Assembly (NCBI GenBank): GCA_963784375.1
Contig: CAWAQY010000004.1
Location: 56,825-120,824 of the forward strand
Direction of reading: 5' to 3'
Length of the DNA: 64,000 nt
Source of the DNA: an uncultured Chloroflexia bacterium
GTDB taxonomy: Bacteria > Chloroflexota > Dehalococcoidia > GIF9 > UBA5629
In this document: piece after piece, positions 63,809 through 64,000 of the stretch
Numbering within the stretch: position 1 is the first letter of the stretch
How the letters are laid out: each line of letters begins with the position of its first letter
Program-made: the position numbers and the translations under genes
Notes under the pieces: generated by a model
Databases searched by the model: none
What the model was told of the DNA's origin: nothing
The model's input: the letters and a program-made list of their open reading frames with translations, nothing else

Positions 63809-64000
63809 TAATACCTTTTTCTTTTTTCTCAGCAGGTACAGGAAGAATGGTGCTCCGATAAATGCGGTTATCACTCCGATCGGTATTTCCGTTGGTGCCA
63901 TCACGGTGCGGGCGGCAGTATCAGCCAGTATCAAAAAAATGGCTCCGGAGAGAGCAGCCAATGGAAGCAGAAAACGATGATCAGGTCCCCAGAGAATGCG
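63809..64000 (-). CDS. FecCD-family ABC permease (BtuC-like), C-terminal end only (gene continues past window end)
   Basis: The reverse-complement translation gives ...[52 protein letters not shown]. Confidence 0.7.

Overview
This 64-kb window is about 47% GC and looks like a Dehalococcoidia-type (Chloroflexi) chromosome. The gene content pointing that way is MarR regulators of the kind found next to catabolic and reductase genes, a corrinoid-salvage block (cobU, cobS, cobT, cobQ/cbiP, btuD, btuC), a split methylmalonyl-CoA mutase with its epimerase, a hybrid cNMP-binding histidine kinase, and three paralogous MFS transporters. At least 20 CDSs, housekeeping genes included, are broken by frameshifts, which suggests homopolymer indel errors from sequencing or assembly rather than real pseudogenes.

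The most interesting locus runs from about 41.8 to 50.9 kb. A divergent MarR gene and a near-consensus sigma70 promoter with an overlapping inverted-repeat operator sit upstream of a roughly 918-aa molybdopterin enzyme. That enzyme aligns along its whole length with the pyrogallol-phloroglucinol transhydroxylase large subunit (AthL), but no DmsB-like Fe-S beta subunit follows. Downstream are a HEAT-repeat protein, two FAD-linked (PCMH/VAO-type) oxidases, and an HdrD/GlcF-like CCG Fe-S protein. A second MarR-controlled cluster at 3.3-7.4 kb encodes a UbiD-family decarboxylase, an FAD flavoprotein and a ferredoxin. A speculative link is a gallate to pyrogallol to phloroglucinol route.

Two tRNA loci are rearranged. 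The tRNA-Ala(CGC) locus carries two tandem 70-bp tRNA-like units without a T-arm, a free-standing small GIY-YIG gene, and a degenerate tRNA-Ala copy that has a 41-nt hairpin insertion. The tRNA-Glu(UUC) gene is followed by a low-GC island of about 3.6-4.4 kb that contains a degenerate second tRNA-Glu copy, a GT2 glycosyltransferase, radical-SAM/SPASM fragments, a small HTH protein and a secreted CAP-domain protein.

Also noted are a three-gene zinc-ribbon operon whose last gene has a transglutaminase-like protease domain, a cluster of a radical-SAM/SPASM gene plus two methyltransferases, a ferritin-VIT1 fusion, and a Pro/Tyr-rich repeat membrane protein.
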